Shown piece by piece: positions 26,622 through 36,100 of a stretch of 64,000 nt of DNA. The stretch covers positions 5,860 through 69,859 of the forward strand of contig CAJJNV010000008.1 in NCBI GenBank assembly GCA_905193225.1, written 5' to 3'. The DNA comes from an uncultured Oscillospiraceae bacterium (GTDB taxonomy: Bacteria > Bacillota > Clostridia > Oscillospirales > Acutalibacteraceae). The notes below the pieces were generated by a model. It made no database searches and was not told the origin of the DNA. It was given only the letters and a program-made list of their open reading frames with translations. Numbering within the stretch: the first letter of the stretch is position 1; every line of letters starts with the position of its first letter. The translations under genes were made by a program, and so were the position numbers.

Positions 26622-28052
26622 CTATTTCAAATTCTTAATGGCATCGGCCACAATTTCCCGTTCGTCAAGATGAATGGTCTCATCCTTCAAAACCTGATAT
26701 GTCTCGTGGCCCTTTCCGGCCAGAAGTATCATGTCTCCCGGCTGTGACGTCATAATAGCGTGACGAACAGCCTCTTCGCGGTCGGCAATGGTCTCAACGG
26801 GCACGTCGCTGCCCTCTATTCCGGCCATAACATCCTTAATTATCTCCTCGGGATCCTCCGAGCGGGGATTGTCGGAGGAAACAATAACCTTATCGGAATT
26901 TTCCACCGCCAGCCTTCCCATAACAGGGCGCTTGGTTTTATCTCTTTCGCCGCCGCAGCCGAAAACGGTCACAAGGCGGCCTTTTTTGACTTCATTCAAG
27001 GTCTGCATAATTTTAAGCAGACCGTCCGGAGTGTGGGCATAATCTATAACAACGGTGAAATCCCTGCCGGTGGGAACGACCTCCGCCCTGCCCTTGACCT
27101 TCGGCCCGTCGCACAAAGCATCGACCACTCCCGCAAAAGGAAGTCCCAGCGCCACTGCACAAACGCCCGCAGCCATGGCATTATAAACCGAAAATTCTCC
27201 CGGAGTTTTGAAATGCACACGACCGATAACACCGTCGCCGCAAAGCTCAAAGTCCACGCCGTCAACCCTCTGACAAATGGATTGCGCCTTAAATGTGGCG
27301 TCCTTTTCGACGGCGTATGTATAAACATCGCAGTCGCAGGCGTCGATTATATCTTTGGCATATTTGTCATCGGCATTTACAACCGCCTTTGTGCAAAGGC
27401 TGAAAATTCTCTTTTTAACGTTAAGATAGTTTTCCATGGTCTTGTGATAGTCCAGATGATCCTGGGTAAGGTTTGTAAAGACACAGGCGGAATATCTAAG
27501 ACCGTACACCCTTTTCATATCAATGGCATGGGAAGAAACCTCCATAACCGCATAATCGCAGTCGGCCGCCACCATAAGCGAGAAGAGCGAATGAAGCTCG
27601 TAGGGATCGGGAGTGGTATTTTTTGCGGGAAGAATCTCGTCGCCGATCATATTCTGAACGGTGCCGATAAGTCCGACCTTGTGTCCGAAATGCTCCAATA
27701 TCGATTTAAGCACCGTGCAGGTGGTGGTCTTTCCGTTTGTTCCGGTAACGCCCACTATCTTGAGCTTTTTGGCGGGATGTCCGAAATATGCGGCGCACAT
27801 AAGTGCGTAGGCCTTGCGGCTGTCCTCAACGATAAGCTGATTTTCAAGTCCCACATCATGCTCGCAGATAACGACTGCGGCACCGTGCTCGGCGGCGGTC
27901 TTTGCAAACTTGTGTCCGTCGGCCGTTACACCGTTTATACACACAAAGGCATCGCCCTTGTCGACCTTTCGCGAATCCTTTTTGACGTTGGCTATCTCGA
28001 TTTCCGAAAAACGACTGCCCGCCGCCTCGGTTAAAAGCTCCTTAAGTTTCAT
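26622..28052 (-). CDS. murE: UDP-N-acetylmuramoyl-L-alanyl-D-glutamate--2,6-diaminopimelate ligase (meso-DAP-adding)
   Basis: MKLKELL... GVTGTNGKTT, DYAHTPD, and DNPR (meso-DAP specificity motif). Confidence 0.85.
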   Translation of the reverse strand: MKLKELLTEAAGSRFSEIEIANVKKDSRKVDKGDAFVCINGVTADGHKFAKTAAEHGAAVVICEHDVGLENQLIVEDSRKAYALMCAAYFGHPAKKLKIVGVTGTNGKTTTCTVLKSILEHFGHKVGLIGTVQNMIGDEILPAKNTTPDPYELHSLFSLMVAADCDYAVMEVSSHAIDMKRVYGLRYSACVFTNLTQDHLDYHKTMENYLNVKKRIFSLCTKAVVNADDKYAKDIIDACDCDVYTYAVEKDATFKAQSICQRVDGVDFELCGDGVIGRVHFKTPGEFSVYNAMAAGVCAVALGLPFAGVVDALCDGPKVKGRAEVVPTGRDFTVVIDYAHTPDGLLKIMQTLNEVKKGRLVTVFGCGGERDKTKRPVMGRLAVENSDKVIVSSDNPRSEDPEEIIKDVMAGIEGSDVPVETIADREEAVRHAIMTSQPGDMILLAGKGHETYQVLKDETIHLDEREIVADAIKNLK

Positions 28053-28073
28053 AACACCCTACTCCTTATATTT

Positions 28074-30311
28074 TTATTCGGCCACATCGGTATATTTGAA
28101 ATACACCGTAATAACCGAGCCGTATTCCACTGTTTCGCCTGCATCGCGGCTCTGTTTATAGCAAACGGCGCCGTTCTTATTATTGTCTCTAAGTCCGTAT
28201 AAATCAACCGTCAGTCCAACGTCGGCAGCCTTTTGCTCAGCTTCCGACGGCGACATTCCCGAAAAATCAGGCACGGTGACAGTACTCTGTTCATCATCCT
28301 CGGTGGTGTAAAGCACAACGCTTCCACCCGAGGGACTGGCCGTTCCTGCCGCAGGATTCTGACGAAGAATCGTATCTCCGTCACCCTTAACGGTGGCCGA
28401 AAGTCCCGCCGCAGAAATGGTCTGCTTAGCCTTTTCAACATCCATTCCAACCGTTTCGGGAACGGTCTTGTTAATGCTTTCATATTCGCTGTCGGTATAC
28501 TTTGCCTCAACCCCGAGATAGGGCAGGATTTCTCCCATTATGGAGGATGCAACAGGTGCCGAAACGGCGCTTCCGTAGTATGCTCCCGCCCTCGGCTCGT
28601 CGATTATGACGATTATGGCATACTCGGGATCGTCGGCCGGAGCATATCCGCAGAAGGATGCGACATAAAGCATTGTTCCCGATTCATCCACCTTGTCTAT
28701 CTTTTGGGATGTACCGGTCTTTCCGCACATTCTGTATCCCGCCACATAGGCGTTTTTTCCCGACCCGTTTTCAACAACCGAGCTGAGGCAGGTGCTGATG
28801 ATCTGTGAAGTTTCCTCCGAAACCACCTGTCTGAGCTTTTCGGTGGAGAAGCTTTGCGTGACATTTCCGTTGCTGTCGAGAATTTCCTTAACAATGTGGG
28901 GCTTAACATAGTATCCCCCGTTTGCCACCGCCGAAACCGCAGAAATCATCTGCATGGGCGTGATTCTGAAGGTCTGACCGAAGGATTCCGATGCAAGCTC
29001 AACCGGTCCCATATTGTCGGCGGTATAATAAACGCCGGTAGTTTCTCCGGGAAGGTCGATGCCGGTTTTTTGGGTAAATCCAAAGGCCTTAAAGTAATTA
29101 TAAAAAAGATTTGGACCAAGTCTCTGACCGATTTCGATAAAGGCGGGGTTGCAGGAATTTTCAAAAATGTTGATAAAGCTCTGCGCCCCGTGACCGCTAA
29201 GCTGATGGCAGTTATACCGCGTTCCGGCAATAACAATGTAACCCGGGCAGTTGAATGTCGAACTTGTGGAAACCTTTTTTTCTTCAAGAGCGGCCGAACC
29301 GGTTATAATCTTGAAAACCGATCCCGGCTCATATGTATCGGTAATGGCCTTGTTTTTCCATTGCTCAGATAAAAGCGACGTGCGCTTTGCTGAAATTTCT
29401 TTTTGGTCGGTGGAGCTTGCCGAAAGTTCCTCCATGGTCTTTTTGTCGGTCTCGCTGTAAAGGGTGAATGGCTCATTGGGATCGAAATCGGGTTTAACCG
29501 CCATTCCCAGCACATCACCGGTGTTGACATTCATAACCACAACGCATCCGCGGTTTCCGGCATTGTTTTCGGTCACTGCCTCGTCAAGATATTTTTCACA
29601 GACGTGCTGAACATATTCGTCAATGGTCAGCTTTACCGATCCGCCGGGAGTAGCCTCCACCATCGTTTCATAGTTGAAGGGCATATCCCCGCCCCTGGCA
29701 TTTCTCGAAGCCACAAGCTTGCCGGGGATACCCTCAAGGGTGGAATCGTATTGATACTCAATACCGCTCAGCCCCTGATTGTCGTCGCCGACGAATCCGA
29801 GCACGGTCGAAGCCATATTTCCGTTAGGATAATAGCGTTTTGTGGATGTTTCAAGACCGATGATGTCGCCCAGCTTGTTTTCCGAAATAAAGGTTCTGAC
29901 CTTTTCGGCCGCGTCGTTCTCGATCTTGGACTTAACACGCTCATAAGCCGTCTGCTTTTGAGTCTGAGAAAGCACCTTTTCGGCGTCAATCTCTAAAATC
30001 TCAGCAAGCCCGTCGGCAACAAGACGGGCTTTTTCAGTATCTTCAATATTTTTCGGAACGATATAAACCGTCCATACCGTGGCGCTTGTGGCAAGGATTT
30101 TGCCGTTGCAGTCAAGGATGTCGCCTCTTTCGGCGGTAAGCGAAACGGTGCTGAGCTGCTGCTCGGCCGCCTCGATGGAGTTTTCTTTTCCGTGGATTAT
30201 CATTATATTAAAAAGGCTGACGCCGCACACGCCCACGAGAATTATCGAAAGGGTCACCGCCACGGCTATCATACGGTTGCACATTTGCTGGGTCGGACTC
30301 TTTTTAGCCAA
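28074..30311 (-). CDS. class B penicillin-binding protein (FtsI/SpoVD-like) with two C-terminal PASTA domains
   Basis: SVFK (SxxK), SCN (SxN) and KTGT transpeptidase motifs. PASTA repeats TVPETVGMDVEKAKQTI and VTVPDFSGMSPSEAEQKA. Confidence 0.85.
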   Translation of the reverse strand: MAKKSPTQQMCNRMIAVAVTLSIILVGVCGVSLFNIMIIHGKENSIEAAEQQLSTVSLTAERGDILDCNGKILATSATVWTVYIVPKNIEDTEKARLVADGLAEILEIDAEKVLSQTQKQTAYERVKSKIENDAAEKVRTFISENKLGDIIGLETSTKRYYPNGNMASTVLGFVGDDNQGLSGIEYQYDSTLEGIPGKLVASRNARGGDMPFNYETMVEATPGGSVKLTIDEYVQHVCEKYLDEAVTENNAGNRGCVVVMNVNTGDVLGMAVKPDFDPNEPFTLYSETDKKTMEELSASSTDQKEISAKRTSLLSEQWKNKAITDTYEPGSVFKIITGSAALEEKKVSTSSTFNCPGYIVIAGTRYNCHQLSGHGAQSFINIFENSCNPAFIEIGQRLGPNLFYNYFKAFGFTQKTGIDLPGETTGVYYTADNMGPVELASESFGQTFRITPMQMISAVSAVANGGYYVKPHIVKEILDSNGNVTQSFSTEKLRQVVSEETSQIISTCLSSVVENGSGKNAYVAGYRMCGKTGTSQKIDKVDESGTMLYVASFCGYAPADDPEYAIIVIIDEPRAGAYYGSAVSAPVASSIMGEILPYLGVEAKYTDSEYESINKTVPETVGMDVEKAKQTISAAGLSATVKGDGDTILRQNPAAGTASPSGGSVVLYTTEDDEQSTVTVPDFSGMSPSEAEQKAADVGLTVDLYGLRDNNKNGAVCYKQSRDAGETVEYGSVITVYFKYTDVAE

Positions 30312-30576
30312 AAAACGCCACTCCTTTTTAAAAATTAAACAATCGGGCGAAATATTTCATCCGCCCGCAATTCAAGTGTATTTATTTATTAAAATATATT
30401 ATATCACAAATCCATAGCAAAAGCAATTCAGATTCTCACAAATAGATTTATGTCGATCACGCCGTTTTTATAACCATTAAACCCCGGCAGCTGCTTGTCT
30501 TTCCTGCTCTTTTCACCGTTTAAACACAGCCTTTCGCCCGCGAAAAAAGCAGCATCCTTTCAAAAGCCCCGGCGGC

Positions 30577-30636
30577 ATATCTTAAAATACATCTTAAAAC
30601 GCATCTTAGAACGCATCTTAGAACGCATCTTAGAAC
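30577..30636. repeat. 12-bp tandem repeat, about 5 copies (RCATCTTARAAY), in the ftsL-pbp intergenic region
   Basis: acatcttaaaac / gcatcttagaac x3, preceded by the degenerate copy atatcttaaaat. Confidence 0.8.
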
Positions 30637-31085
30637 AAATCAGCAATCTTTTCAAAGATGTTTTTATTATCCTCGGCCACTTCAACCGAATCCTCATCGC
30701 AGATGTTGATGTAGCCGGTCTGCACACCGGTGGCCTTTTGCATTTCCTTTTCCTTTGCGACGTTTTCGATGTTGTTAAAGGAAACGATGGAGCTAAGTTC
30801 AACATTAAGGCGGCTTTCCTCCTGTTTAAGGGCGGTTATCTGCTCATTTGCGGCATTGATCTGTGCACAGACCTCGGAATTTTTGATCTGTCCGTGGATT
30901 TGTATAACAATGAGGGTCAAAACGATGGTCGCCACCGCACCGATTTTAAGCTTGGCCTTAAGACCGGCATTATGAGAACTTCTGTGACGATTGCGATTTT
31001 CGGGCAAACGAATAACCTTTGCCTCGTTCTTTTTGGGAGCAAATTTTTCAAAATCGTATGCTGCGTTGTCATAAAATCTATTCAC
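30630..31085 (-). CDS. ftsL: FtsL-like bitopic cell-division protein
   Basis: Single TM IGAVATIVLTLIVIQI then coiled coil. Lies between rsmH and pbp as in dcw clusters. Confidence 0.5.
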   Translation of the reverse strand: MNRFYDNAAYDFEKFAPKKNEAKVIRLPENRNRHRSSHNAGLKAKLKIGAVATIVLTLIVIQIHGQIKNSEVCAQINAANEQITALKQEESRLNVELSSIVSFNNIENVAKEKEMQKATGVQTGYINICDEDSVEVAEDNKNIFEKIADLF

Positions 31086-31222
31086 AAAAGTTCCTTCTTT
31101 CTATATTTATACGCCGGTCATTTCCCGGCCGGCCGTCTGTCTGCACGTTCATCAATCGATATGTTGATCGGGCTGATTTATCGGTGCATTTATCCGTATT
31201 TTCCCTGCGTATTTTATTTTTT

Positions 31223-32149
31223 TTAATTTATCCGCCTGATAGCCCGCAGTTTTGCACTGCGCGAACGGGGGTTTTCCGAAAGTTCCTGTTCGCTTGCCGT
31301 TTTTGGCCGGCGGAAAACCAGTTGTGCAAAGGGTACCTTTCCGCAAACGCACACCGGAAAATCCGGCGGGCAGGTGCATCCCTTGCAAAGAGAAGTAAAG
31401 CGCTGTTTAACCATCCTATCCTCAAGGGAATGGAAGGTTATAACCGCTAAAACGCCGCCGATTTTAAGCAGCCCCTTAGCATCGTCAAGTCCCTTTGAAA
31501 GAGCATCAAGCTCCCCGTTAACCGCAATTCTCAGCGCCTGAAAGCTCTGTCTTGCCGGATGTCCCTTTCTCCGTTCCTTGGCGGGAACGCTTTCGGAAAT
31601 TATCTCGGCAAGCTGCAATGTGGAGACAATGGGCTGTTTTTCCCTTTCTCTGACTATTGCGGCGGCGATACGGCGGGAATACTGTTCCTCACCGTATTCA
31701 AAAAAGATTTTGGAAAGCTCATTTTCCGAAAGGCCGGCCACAAGATCGGCCGCCGTCGGTCCCGATTTGCTCATTCGCATATCGAGCGGCGCGTCGTTAT
31801 GGAAAGAAAAGCCTCTTTCGGGAGCATCCAGCTGATATGACGAAACACCGATGTCAAGCAGTATTCCGTCGACCTCATCAATGCCGAGCCCCTCGGCAAT
31901 TTGTTTCATCTCAGAAAAATTTCCCTCAATCACCCTTGCCTGCGGATATGGCGAAAGACGTTTTGCCGCCGCATTTAAAGCATCGGGATCGCGGTCGATG
32001 GAAATAAGACGGCCGCTTTCAAGGCGCTTTGCGATTTGCTCGCTGTGCCCGCCCCCGCCGGCGGTTCCGTCGATATAGATTCCGTCTTTTTTTATGTCGA
32101 GTGCATCTATTGTTTCTTCAAGCAGCACGGGCTTGTGACAAAATTCCAT
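31223..32149 (-). CDS. rsmH: 16S rRNA (cytosine1402-N4)-methyltransferase
   Basis: HKPVLLEETIDAL...YIDGTAGGGGHS. Confidence 0.9.
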   Translation of the reverse strand: MEFCHKPVLLEETIDALDIKKDGIYIDGTAGGGGHSEQIAKRLESGRLISIDRDPDALNAAAKRLSPYPQARVIEGNFSEMKQIAEGLGIDEVDGILLDIGVSSYQLDAPERGFSFHNDAPLDMRMSKSGPTAADLVAGLSENELSKIFFEYGEEQYSRRIAAAIVREREKQPIVSTLQLAEIISESVPAKERRKGHPARQSFQALRIAVNGELDALSKGLDDAKGLLKIGGVLAVITFHSLEDRMVKQRFTSLCKGCTCPPDFPVCVCGKVPFAQLVFRRPKTASEQELSENPRSRSAKLRAIRRIN

Positions 32150-32160
32150 TTCCCTGCTCC

Positions 32161-32586
32161 TTAAATGTAATTGATTTGTTCAAGCAGCCCGCGTATATCC
32201 TCGTCTGTAATGGCCTTCTGAGCCTCGTCCCACTTTGCGGGCTCCCATATTTCTGCGTGATTGGATGCACCGATAACAACCGCCTGTTTGCCGATTCCGG
32301 CGCGATTGCGAAGTTCGGTGGGGATGATCACCCTGCCCTGGAGGTCAGGCTCGACCTCGAAGGAATAGGCGTTGAAAAAGCGGGAAAGCTTTTCGGCTGC
32401 GGTAAAGGAAAGGGTGCTTCTGATGGCGGTGTTGAATTTTTCCCATTCGGTTTGAGAGAAGATGTAAAGACAGCTGTCAAGACCGACGGTTAAAAAGAAC
32501 GAATCGCCAAGCTCGGCGCGGAATTTGACCGGAACGGCCATTCTTCCCTTTGCGTCAACCGAGTGACGGTAGATTCCGTTAAGCAC
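32161..32586 (-). CDS. mraZ: division/cell-wall cluster transcriptional regulator MraZ
   Basis: Duplicated SpoVT/AbrB-like DAKGRMAVP / LQGRVIIP motifs. Confidence 0.85.
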   Translation of the reverse strand: MLNGIYRHSVDAKGRMAVPVKFRAELGDSFFLTVGLDSCLYIFSQTEWEKFNTAIRSTLSFTAAEKLSRFFNAYSFEVEPDLQGRVIIPTELRNRAGIGKQAVVIGASNHAEIWEPAKWDEAQKAITDEDIRGLLEQINYI

Positions 32587-33019
32587 ACTGCCATCTCCTT
32601 TCCCAAACGTTTTTTAAAACTAAAGAAAAATCAACAAGTCAAAAATGAATTAACAAAGTAGGCAATCAAAAGCAATTGATACGCCCGATAATGATTTCAG
32701 AAGATTTCAAATGATTCTCAATCCCATCAAGGCCGTTTAGCAATCCGATCACCGAAAGCTTTTCAGACTATCAAAGCCTATTAGCACCCATATCATTGAA
32801 AGATTTAATTACCGGACAACTTAATTGCCGGAGAAACCACCCTCAAAAGGGTTTAAATCAGATCAAAAATCACCACAAAGACACACTTTTACGCTAAAAG
32901 TGCCTCTGTATCCCCATTATAACGTGATGCAATGTAAAAATCAAGAGTTTTTTATATAAAAAAACAAATTTATTAGTTTTTTTCTTAAAAATCAAAAAGA
33001 AAGCAAAACAGAAAATAAA

Positions 33020-33125
33020 AAAGCCCGCAAAAAGCGGGCCTAAAAACGAAATTAAATAAAAAATATAATAATACAAAACAGCGCAAAAAAACGGCGCCCC
33101 GTAAAACGGAACGCCGCTTTTATTA
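33020..33125. terminator. two hairpin terminators in an AT-rich spacer (bidirectional GCCCGC-aaaaa-GCGGGC; second CGGCG...CGCCG then T-run on the minus strand), downstream of the giant dockerin gene
   Basis: Read directly from sequence 33020-33045 and 33085-33125. Confidence 0.5.
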
Positions 33126-33163
33126 ATGTTTGTTTTCCGACAATTTAAATCTTTCGAATTAAA

Positions 33164-36100
33164 TTATTCAGCAGTTGCAGCCTTTACGGGAAGCTCGGTG
33201 CGGAGCTGTACGAAGTACTGGAGAATTGCCAGTGCATCGGAAGTATCAACAACACCGTCAAGGTTGACGTCGGCAGCCTTGGCAGCAGCCTCATCGAGAG
33301 TACGGGAACCAACGAATGCCTGGAGAGCCCAGAGAGCATCGGTAGAGTCGATAGTGCCGTTTCCGTCAACATCACCGTATTTTACGGTAGGTGCGGGAGG
33401 CTCGTTAATGCGCTCAACGAGCTTGGCAAGCTTATTCTTCTTCTCTGCAGGGACAAGATCCTTCCGAGCGTCGGTAAGAGCGGTGAACTGAGCGTTAGCA
33501 GTAACGATATTTGCCTTGTCAGCATCTGTTAACTCAGCGTCAACTGCGGGCAGAGCATCGATAAGATCCTCAACAGCCTTAGCAGCAGCGATGTCATCGG
33601 TCAGCTCAGTAATCTTTTCACCAACAGCAAAGAGTTTCTCTTTGTTGTTTACGTTGTCCTGAAGTTCCTCGGTAAGAGCATCGAAAGCTGCCTTTGCTTC
33701 ATCGTACTTCGGTTTAACATCATTGAGGTTAGTATAATTGATGTCACCGGGCTCGGTAAGAGCATCGATGAGATCCTCAACGGGTTTAACCTTCTTGATA
33801 ATGTCAAAAGCCTTGCGGACTGCAGCAAGTTTATTGGTTTCTTCGGTGGGAAGCATATCCTTCTTAGCATCGGTAAGAGCATCGAAAGCGTTGCCTGCAT
33901 CAACGATAGCAGCCTCGTTATCGAGGGTTACATCTTTAGCCTCGGGAAGAGCAATGATCTTCTCGTGGACAGCCTTAACATCGGCATTTGCGGGATCGAG
34001 CAGAGCATACTCAAGGATAGCTCTGTCGAGGGTTGCAGAAGCTGCAAGATTTTCAGCAGTTGCAGTGTTGATCCAGTTGTTGAGTGCTTCGCGGGCAGTC
34101 TTTGCAGCCTCGATAGCATCACCGGACTCAGCAGTTACGGTTCCGATAGCGGCAACAGCGTCGATGAATTTCTTCTCGGCGTTAGCGCGTCTTTGGGCAT
34201 AGGCAAAAGATACAACGGCGATGTCCTTCATGTAGAATTTGCCGGAGTTAGCCTGGCCGAAATGGAGGAGGTTAACATTTTCAAGACCGTATTTGGGAGT
34301 CATGTTCTCAACAACGGATGTTCCGATTTCGGAAATGAGGCAGGAAGCTCTCTGCCACTCGTTACCCTTAACGGAAATAACGCTGGGATACTGCCACTGG
34401 ATACCGTTGTCCTCGTTACCGTGGGTAATGTAGAAGGTGTTGTCCTTATCGGGATTTACAAGGAACTCGAACTGATAGTAATCATTGTAGTTGAAGGAAT
34501 GGGTATAGGTGTCTTCACCGAAGTAACGGCCTACACGGACATATACCGAGTTGTAGAGTTCAACATTGGGATAGGAGGTACCGCCGGTCTGAACATCCAT
34601 CCAGAAGGCGCCGTCCTTCATTGCGTGTTCGTTTCCGCAGAAATCAAATACATCCTCAGTGTCCTTTTCGCAGGTGCACATAATGTCGCCCTTGACAATT
34701 ATTCTGGCCTGGTAAGCTTGTTTAACCTTGCTAAGCTTTCCGGGAAGTTCGGGATATTTATTCTTGAACTCGGTAGCCTGAGGTCTGGTAAGACTCCTGG
34801 TAATGGTGTCGATTTCGTCAAGTTTCACCTTGAGTTCAGCCAGGTCATCTTCTTCAGCGGAAACTTCATCGGGCTCGGGAAGAGCCATGATCTTTGCAGC
34901 AAGCTGATCAATGATATCCTTGAACTTCTCTTCTTCTTCTGCGAGAAGAGCGTTAAGTTTCTCTGTGCCCTTAACCTCGGCCTTCTGCTCGTCGGTCAAA
35001 GCATTGTATGCTTCCTTGGCAGCGGCAAGAGCCTTAAGGTCGTTGATGGTGAGAGAGCCGGGTGCGGGAAGAGCGTCGATGAGCTCGTCAACCTGCTCGG
35101 CGGGAGTGAGGTTCTTAATTCCGTAAACATATACCCAGTTGGTATCTTTTTCACCGGCCTGCTCGGGTTCGATTTCGATGTTTACACCGTCATCTGCGGG
35201 GCAGAAGGAGGTGAGGAGGGTCTCTCCGTCGTAAACTTCGATTTCGTAAACGGTAAGAGCGGCGTTGGGAATATCAGCAGATTTTCTTCCGCCGTAAACG
35301 AAGGAAGCCTTGTAAGTATCGGCAGCGTCAACTGCGATCTCGGAAACGAGAGTCTTATAATCGTAATCGTATCTGCTGTTGTGCTCGGTTGCAAGAGCCT
35401 CGTAATCGGCAATGTTGAGTCGGCTTCCGGCATGATTGGAGCCTGCGTCGCCGAGGAGCTGGAGATAACCGAAGTAGCGCTGATCAGAGCCGCCTACGGC
35501 GTTGATCTTAGCCTTAACGGTAAGGGTCTTTCCGGCTTCTACCTCAAACTTATTATTGTCGCCGTAGATGGTGGAGTAAGCCCAAACGAACTTAACACCG
35601 ATCTTGTCGGCCTGTGCCATAAGAGCATCAAGAGCTTCCTTGGCGGCAGTAAGCTTTGCGGCATTGGTAACTTCAGCCTTCTGAATGTCGGTCAGGGCAT
35701 CGAAAGCAGCCTTGGCGGCATTGATGGCGTCGGCGTCGCCGAGGGTAACATCTGCAGCGGCGGGAAGAGCATCGATAGCAGCGATAACTCCTGCAACGGC
35801 AGCGTCAACGGGCCATGCACTGGTGTTGGCCTTCAGAGCGTGGAAATAAGCACTCTGTCCGCCGGGACGGCCGACAAATACCATACCGGTAACCTTGGTG
35901 ATGTCAAACTTAGCACCTGCGGTGGAAAGGTCAACAGCAAAGGTGTTTTCACCGGCGACTACATCGCCGTTAACGGTGAGGCGAACACCGTAATCGGTGT
36001 AAGCTTCGGATTGGGAGATTTTTTCCACAACGGGAAGGTCTCCGTCGAAAGAGGTAAGAACCATACCGTACTGGTCGGGATCTGCAACCTCGCGGCTGAA

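Noticed and set aside
26760-28034. 424-aa plus-strand ORF
   Set aside because: Antisense to murE
30495-31226. 243-aa plus-strand ORF with ILKRILERILERILEQ
   Set aside because: The periodic peptide is just the translation of the 12-bp DNA tandem repeat; it overlaps ftsL on the opposite strand
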